Assembly: GCA_036479435.1 (NCBI GenBank)
Contig: JAZGFI010000014.1
Location: forward strand, 1-11,016
Source: Planctomycetota bacterium
GTDB lineage: Bacteria; Planctomycetota; GCA-002687715; DRQF01
Length of the DNA stretch: 11,016 nt
Direction: 5' to 3'
Positions 5,866 through 11,016 of the stretch are shown in pieces. A program made the translations under genes and the position numbers. The notes under the pieces were generated by a model that was not told the DNA's origin, ran no database searches, and saw only the letters and a program-made list of their open reading frames with translations. The number at the start of each line of letters is the position of its first letter. Positions within the stretch are counted from its first letter, which is position 1.

Positions 5866-8559
5866 CTACACGCTTACCCGGTCTAAATCGAGGGAGACCA
5901 ACTCGATGAGTTCATCGGCACCCATCTCGGTGATCGCGGTTTCGGCCCCGCCGCTGAGGATTTCGTCGGCCATATCGCGTTTCGCGCGGATCATCGCATC
6001 GATTTTCTCTTCGATCGTTCCGCGGCAAATAAAGCGATGAACCAGAACCCCCCGCGTTTGTCCGATCCTGAACGCGCGGTCCGTGGCCTGATTTTCAACC
6101 GCCGGATTCCACCAGCGATCGAAATGAACGACGTGGGTGGCCTGGGTCAAGTTGAGACCAGTTCCGCCCGCGCGCAGTGACAGGACGAAAAACGGTGGGC
6201 CATCTGCGCGCTGAAACTGATCGACGAGTTCCTGCCGGCGACGGATGGGGGTTTGGCCATGAAGCGAGATTCCCTCGCGCCCAAAGATCGCAGACAAGTG
6301 ACGAAGGAGCGGTTCGATGGTCTCTCGAAACTGGGTGAAGAGAATGAGCTTTTCTTGCCTCGCGACGATGGGCTCGCAGAGCTCGGCGAGACGCAGAAAT
6401 TTGCCGCTTTGTTTGGGATCGTAGACTCCGTCGCCATTCCATTGCGACGGGTGATTGCAGATTTGTTTGAAGCGCATCAAGAACGAAAGCACGGCGCCGC
6501 GCCGGGCGATGCCGTCGAGGTTCTCAATGATCTCCTTCAACTCCTCGACGCCTTGCGCATAGAGCGCACTTTGCGCCTTCGACAGGCCACAGTAGACATC
6601 GACCTCGGTCTTTTCCGGAAGCTCAGGGGCGATTGACTTGTCGGTTTTCAGGCGGCGAAGGATGTAGGGGTCGATCAGTCTTCGCAGTGAGGCAAGGCCC
6701 TGCCCGTCGCCAGACGCCATCTTTTTCGCGTAGCCAGTGAACTTCTTCGCCGAACCTAACAGGCCCGGATTGAGGAAATCGAAGATCGACCAAAGATCCC
6801 CAAGGCGGTTTTCCACCGGGGTACCGGTCAGCGCGATTCGCATGCGGCCTTTAAGAGACTTGGCATTCTTGGTCTGGCGCGTTCCGCTATTTTTGATGGC
6901 TTGAGCTTCGTCCAACACGATGACCGACCAGTCACGCTCGCGTAACCACTCGAGCCGCGACAGGGTCGCATAGGTGGTCATCACGATGTCCGCTCCCTTC
7001 AAGAGCGCCGAGTTCGGCTCGCGCAGTTCCCGCGCCGACAACTCAGAGCGGTGAAGGACCTCGAGTTTTAGCGAAGGAGTGAATCGACTTGCTTCGGCTT
7101 TCCAGTTGCCGAGCAGCGATGCCGGAACGACGAGAAGATGGGGAGGCGCATCGGCGCTCTTCTCTTTGGCCAAGGCGCAGAAAAGGGCGAGCACTTGTAT
7201 GGTCTTACCCAGCCCCATGTCGTCGGCTAAGCAGGCCCCCAGGCCGAGTCGTTGTAAGAGGTAAAGCCAGGCAACCCCGTCGGCTTGGTAGGGGCGCAGC
7301 GTGCCCAAAAGAGCGGCGCCGGGGTCACAGGCCCGCCGTTGCTTAGGGTCGCAGATTTCCTCTAAAAGCTGTGCTAACCATGGGCCCGCCTCGATGCGGG
7401 CCCATTCGTTCACGGTAGCATCGACCTCGGTATCTCCCTTGCCGGTCGGAACTCCGGCCAAAAGCCGCATGCCTTCCGCAAATGTCAGGCCCTCGCTGCC
7501 TGCCACTTGAGAGATGGCATCTAATTGAGCGAGCGCTTCCGAGAGTTTGCCGGGATCCACCTCCACCCAGTTTCCGCGAATCATGCGCAAGCCCGGCGAC
7601 CCCGACAGCAACTCCTCGCGCTCTTTCTTGCTCAGTTTCATGCCATCGACGTGTACGGAGAGGTCGAAGTCCAAAAGCCCCGACAATCCAACCACCGATG
7701 CAGGACTTGACCCGATGGTCGTCCCCACGCTCGCTCGGCGGCTCTTTTTCTGCCACCAATCCGGAACCCGAACCACCACGCCACTGGCTTCGCAATCCGG
7801 AACGGCCAGCAAGAACTGATAGGCGTCTTCCTCGCTCCAAGCGATCGGATGGTGAATATCCCCGGAGTCGATGAGCTTTTGAACAAAGGCGTTCCGCGCA
7901 CCGGCGGTGCTGACCGGGCGGAGCAACTGAAGAAGCGTTTTGCGATCGCCCTTTGCGCCCTCGATGGCGCGGCCTAAAGGTACGTGGCGGATACGGCCGG
8001 ATTCAGAGACGTCCTCGCCGAAGGTGGCCAAAAAAGCAAAGGGAAGCAGCGCGTTGTTTTTTTGTTCCGCAAGATGAAAGGTAACCCGCCCCACCCCGTG
8101 CCAGGCGGGATTTCGCTGTTGAAGATACTCGTGAAGCGCCCCGTCGAAGGCCTTCATCTCCGCCACAACACATGCGGTCATCAACTGCCAAGCATGGAGC
8201 AAAGTCTGCGGCGAGGCGTACTCCCCGCCGCGCATCGGCGGCACTGCCGCCAGGGTTCCCGCGATCGCGGCCTCCGCTGGTGAGGATTCCATGTCGTCTA
8301 GGGTCGCGAGCTTAGAAAGTGCCGTCAGGTAGGCCGCCGCGATGCGACGACCGAAGGCCAAACCCGAGGGGAGATCTGTTTTCAGTTCGCGAGAAGCGAG
8401 GTGCAGCAGGCCTTCCCCGACGCCCGCATCGAAGGCTTTTTGAACCCGCGCCCCCACGCGCCCCCCAAGACCCTCACCAGACCCCGACAAGAAGGCCTTG
8501 TCGATGAAGACATGTCCAGCTGGTGAAATGGAGAGCGTCGTGGCGTGGTCCGATGACAT
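5866..8559 (-). CDS. SNF2-family (SWI2/SNF2) DNA-dependent ATPase with an N-terminal DUF3670-like region (HelZ/YwqA/SSO1653-type)
   Basis: Q motif LRPYQ, Walker A LADDMGLGKT (7201-7230), Ia VVPASLLGNW, Walker B LDEAQ, III LTGTPVEN, ILRRLK, FKQICNHP, IV LFTQF, V SLRAGGTGLNL, VI QATDRAFRIGQ. GLSGLLDFDL...GLRMIRGNWVEVD resembles DUF3670. Confidence 0.95.
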   Translation of the reverse strand: MSSDHATTLSISPAGHVFIDKAFLSGSGEGLGGRVGARVQKAFDAGVGEGLLHLASRELKTDLPSGLAFGRRIAAAYLTALSKLATLDDMESSPAEAAIAGTLAAVPPMRGGEYASPQTLLHAWQLMTACVVAEMKAFDGALHEYLQQRNPAWHGVGRVTFHLAEQKNNALLPFAFLATFGEDVSESGRIRHVPLGRAIEGAKGDRKTLLQLLRPVSTAGARNAFVQKLIDSGDIHHPIAWSEEDAYQFLLAVPDCEASGVVVRVPDWWQKKSRRASVGTTIGSSPASVVGLSGLLDFDLSVHVDGMKLSKKEREELLSGSPGLRMIRGNWVEVDPGKLSEALAQLDAISQVAGSEGLTFAEGMRLLAGVPTGKGDTEVDATVNEWARIEAGPWLAQLLEEICDPKQRRACDPGAALLGTLRPYQADGVAWLYLLQRLGLGACLADDMGLGKTIQVLALFCALAKEKSADAPPHLLVVPASLLGNWKAEASRFTPSLKLEVLHRSELSARELREPNSALLKGADIVMTTYATLSRLEWLRERDWSVIVLDEAQAIKNSGTRQTKNAKSLKGRMRIALTGTPVENRLGDLWSIFDFLNPGLLGSAKKFTGYAKKMASGDGQGLASLRRLIDPYILRRLKTDKSIAPELPEKTEVDVYCGLSKAQSALYAQGVEELKEIIENLDGIARRGAVLSFLMRFKQICNHPSQWNGDGVYDPKQSGKFLRLAELCEPIVARQEKLILFTQFRETIEPLLRHLSAIFGREGISLHGQTPIRRRQELVDQFQRADGPPFFVLSLRAGGTGLNLTQATHVVHFDRWWNPAVENQATDRAFRIGQTRGVLVHRFICRGTIEEKIDAMIRAKRDMADEILSGGAETAITEMGADELIELVSLDLDRVSV

Positions 8560-8607
8560 GGCGCTAGCTGTTTCGAGGCTTTCGGGCGATCAAGAACTGC
8601 TCCGGCA

Positions 8608-9579
8608 TTATAACATGCAGCATTTCTTGTACTTTTTCCCCGACCCACAGGGACAAGGAGCGTTGCGCCCGACTTTCGGCGACGACGACGAAGGCAGTGT
8701 TTCGATCGGTTCGGGCTCTAAGTCAAACTGACGGACGAGTTCTTCTCGGGTCAAGAACCAGTCCGATTGAGGATGGCGCTTGAGGTACTGGGCCACCAAC
8801 ACCTTGGCGTCTTCCTGCGGCAATTCTTCAAAAAAGGTCTGGGCAATCCTCGGTTTCGAGGAGGAGAGATCCAGGATCGCGTGCCCCAAGAATCCATCTC
8901 GCTCGTCCGGCGTCTCTTCGAAGAAGTCGATGCGAGCTTCGCGAGGGCGCGCCAACTCGTATGCGTCAAAGACCTGGACTCGCCGCGACCCGAGGAGAAT
9001 GGCATCTCGTCGCGACCACGGGAAGAACTGATCGAATGGGGTGACCTCTGAATCAGGGCGCTCGAATTCCAGTTTTGGGTCGGGCGCGGCGGGATCGAAG
9101 CCCTTCAGCATCATGTGAAACTGGTGGAGCCAATCGAAAAGACGATCATCGAAACAGCTTGGCAGCCATTTCTCAAGCTCCCTATGGATCGCCCCCTTGC
9201 GCAAAATGACATCACGAGTTTCGTAGTCAGCCACAACCTGAAGACTGCCAGCATCGTAGTTTGATCCTTGGCCTGAGGCGGAGGCTCTTCTCGAAATCGC
9301 CAGCTCGTTCTCGCTAAGTTCGAGTTGGACGCAAGTTTCGTCAATCGCATGACAAGAAATGACAACCTCGCTGCAAGGGCAATTGACCTCCGAGCAGGCC
9401 ATGGGAACTCCCACGACACCCGCCCGGCGCAAGCCACCGGACTCCCAATGCACAAAAAGGCCATTGTCAAACCACTGCCGTCGTGGCTTCTCAAGAATCG
9501 CTACTTGCATGCGCCGCCGTTTCCAAACAAAAGTCATCGAGGACGTCATTATGGGCAATTGCGGAACAATCCCCACCAC
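8608..9579 (-). CDS. SEC-C metal-binding motif protein, otherwise hypothetical; start codon uncertain
   Basis: C-terminal [20 protein letters not shown] (within 8608-8676) is a canonical SEC-C motif. There is an additional Cys cluster CSEVNCPC near the N-terminus. GGAGG at 9592-9596 (minus) lies 12 nt upstream of GTG 9579, but downstream ATGs are alternative starts. Confidence 0.85.
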   Translation of the reverse strand: MVGIVPQLPIMTSSMTFVWKRRRMQVAILEKPRRQWFDNGLFVHWESGGLRRAGVVGVPMACSEVNCPCSEVVISCHAIDETCVQLELSENELAISRRASASGQGSNYDAGSLQVVADYETRDVILRKGAIHRELEKWLPSCFDDRLFDWLHQFHMMLKGFDPAAPDPKLEFERPDSEVTPFDQFFPWSRRDAILLGSRRVQVFDAYELARPREARIDFFEETPDERDGFLGHAILDLSSSKPRIAQTFFEELPQEDAKVLVAQYLKRHPQSDWFLTREELVRQFDLEPEPIETLPSSSSPKVGRNAPCPCGSGKKYKKCCML

Positions 9580-9762
9580 CGCTCAAAATGGCCTCCCGGT
9601 CTCCTTGGGGGAAAAGGTCGAGGAATCCGGAGTATCCAGCTCTGGATGCCAGCTCCACGCGTCGTTTCGGTCCCCCGCAAGACTTTTCGGACAATGGGCC
9701 GACGTTCTGAGGACCGCCGACCTCTACTGATTAACCGCAGCGCTTAGGCTGAGGCCAACGGC

Positions 9763-9767
9763 AGGAG
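9763..9767 (+). promoter_or_regulatory. Shine-Dalgarno site for the ECF sigma gene
   Basis: GCAGGAGTCTCATGTG: AGGAG lies 6 nt before the GTG at 9774. Confidence 0.6.
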
Positions 9768-9773
9768 TCTCAT

Positions 9774-11006
9774 GTGACTGAACTTTCAGCTTCCGAAGTC
9801 GGCGACTACGCGGTTTTTCTCCAGCGCGTCGCGAGTGGCATCCTGAGGCCCGGCGACGTTGAGCCTGAAGACTTGGCTCAGGACGCACTTTTGGTCGGCT
9901 TGCAGGCATCCCCGCGAGACACGCAGCGCCTAAAATCTTGGTACCGGACCATCGTTCGGCGTCGGGCCTTAGAACTTCAACGTAAGACAGCCCGCAGACT
10001 CGCCCACGAAAAGAACGCGCCGGTTCCATCCGAAGCAAGCTCGCCGGTCCAGATCGCAGAACACCGTGCCGCCATCAAAGACCTCACTTCGGCGCTCGCT
10101 CAACTCTCACTTCAAGACTACGAACTGGTTCGCCTGCGCTACTTCGACGGCCTCACCGTGACCCAAGTTGCCAAGTCCCTGGGCTTGGCTCGCAGCACTG
10201 TGATGCAACGAGAGCAAAAGGCACTCGAGACTTTGCGGCGCTCGATGCAAGCAAAACCAAGAGGCTCGAAGTCCCTCTCCCTGCTTGCCGTTTCAGCGAG
10301 TTCTGTTTTTGATTCGGCGAAAGCTGTGACCAGCAAACTCCCCGCATTGGGTGTCTTCGGAACGGTGATCGCGATGAATAAGTTAGTTCTCTTGAGCGCG
10401 CTGCTTCTTTGTACCGCCGCAGTATTTTTCTGGCTGCAAAGCCAGCCAGCCGACAATGATCTTCGACCAACGACCTTAGAGCAGGCTTCAGTGTCGTCAT
10501 CACCACGCACCAATCGGCGTGCACAGACCTCGCCGGAAACTGAAACGAAGGATAGTGAGACACTCAAGGCCAGCACCCCTGCCGACCGCGACCGAGACCT
10601 TTTCGGTCGCGTCACCGACGAAGCTGGCCACCCACTCCAAGATGTCTTGCTGCAGTCCGCTCTCAAAGACTATGACGGGCTCAACTTGCCAGCGCCGACG
10701 ATCGAAGCCTCTTACGACTACTTCACTCTCCCCGGTGTAGTTCCGCAGTCCGCCCACAGCAACGCCGACGGCCGCTTCAGCATGCGGCACGAACCTGGAG
10801 ACTTGCTGCAGTTCCTGGCGACGAAGCCCGGCTACGCGAGCCGAAAGACACAAGCTTGCCTCGCGGGCGAAAAGTTAGAGATCGTCATGAAGGGGTGCGG
10901 ATCCTCTGCGACGACACTTATATCCTTACTAAACATAGACTTAGGTCTTTTTCGGGCTAGAAAATTGGGGCCATCCTTGCTACCTATGCAATGCAAAACG
11001 CAATAG
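9774..11006 (+). CDS. ECF-type sigma-70 factor fused to a TM segment and an extracytoplasmic carboxypeptidase-regulatory-like domain; likely 3'-truncated near 10903
   Basis: Region 2: EDLAQDALLVGL...LKSWYRTIVRRRA. Region 4: LAQLSLQDYELVRLRYFDGLTVTQVAKSLGLARSTVMQREQKALETLR. Hydrophobic segment KLVLLSALLLCTAAVFFWL, then a Ser/Thr/Pro linker. LFGRVTDEAGHPLQDV...SNADGRFSM...ATKPGYAS follows the CarboxypepD_reg-like pattern. The last ~34 codons are AT-richer and not family-like. Confidence 0.88.
   Translation: MTELSASEVGDYAVFLQRVASGILRPGDVEPEDLAQDALLVGLQASPRDTQRLKSWYRTIVRRRALELQRKTARRLAHEKNAPVPSEASSPVQIAEHRAAIKDLTSALAQLSLQDYELVRLRYFDGLTVTQVAKSLGLARSTVMQREQKALETLRRSMQAKPRGSKSLSLLAVSASSVFDSAKAVTSKLPALGVFGTVIAMNKLVLLSALLLCTAAVFFWLQSQPADNDLRPTTLEQASVSSSPRTNRRAQTSPETETKDSETLKASTPADRDRDLFGRVTDEAGHPLQDVLLQSALKDYDGLNLPAPTIEASYDYFTLPGVVPQSAHSNADGRFSMRHEPGDLLQFLATKPGYASRKTQACLAGEKLEIVMKGCGSSATTLISLLNIDLGLFRARKLGPSLLPMQCKTQ
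10931..10943 (+). promoter_or_regulatory. IHF-like binding site
   Basis: AAACATAGACTTA has 2 mismatches to WATCAANNNNTTR. It sits in AT-rich context at about -61 to -49 relative to the putative sigma54 start. Confidence 0.3.
10965..10981 (+). promoter_or_regulatory. Putative sigma54 (-24/-12) promoter
   Basis: TTGG-GGCCATCC-TTGCT: GG (10967-10968) and GC (10979-10980) are separated by exactly 10 nt, with TTGCW intact. The CAC after GG in the consensus is not matched. Confidence 0.45.
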
Positions 11007-11016
11007 GCCAGCACGG

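Noticed and set aside
5866..8559. SNF2 gene as part of a named defence system (DISARM DrmD, Zorya ZorD) or as RapA
   Set aside because: No methylase, DrmA/B, ZorA/B or nuclease neighbours are present. The N-terminus and the SWIM partner indicate the DUF3670/HelZ-type subfamily.
8608..9579. secA call from the SEC-C motif
   Set aside because: The protein is only ~320 aa with no SecA ATPase motifs, and SEC-C is a mobile motif found on many unrelated proteins.
1..11016. CRISPR array, integron attC sites, tRNA/rRNA, transposase or integrase genes
   Set aside because: By eye, no regularly spaced repeats, paired RYYYAAC/GTTRRRY boxes around the hairpins, cloverleaf motifs or recombinase ORFs were found.

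Overview
GC-rich (~60%) bacterial DNA with seven supportable protein-coding genes. The gene types suggest a Planctomycetota-like organism (inference). On +: a class C beta-lactamase-family serine hydrolase that has lost its N-terminus and catalytic Ser, a secreted alpha/beta hydrolase, and an ECF sigma-70 factor fused to a TM helix and an extracytoplasmic domain. On -: a tightly spaced four-gene run (SEC-C-motif protein, SNF2/DUF3670-type ATPase, SWIM zinc-finger protein with an extra C-terminal winged-helix-like tail, and a secreted TlpA-like thioredoxin whose CxxC reads SPES). The best candidate for an under-described system is this SEC-C / SNF2 / SWIM-wHTH / pseudo-thioredoxin cluster. About 110-125 bp at each end of the window looks foreign to the gene it adjoins. 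The left piece is hairpin-rich and joins exactly at the hydrolase SxxK motif. The right piece is AT-richer and carries a sigma54-like promoter with an IHF-like site. These junctions may be real insertions or rearrangements, or assembly chimeras. No rRNA, tRNA, CRISPR array or transposase was seen.
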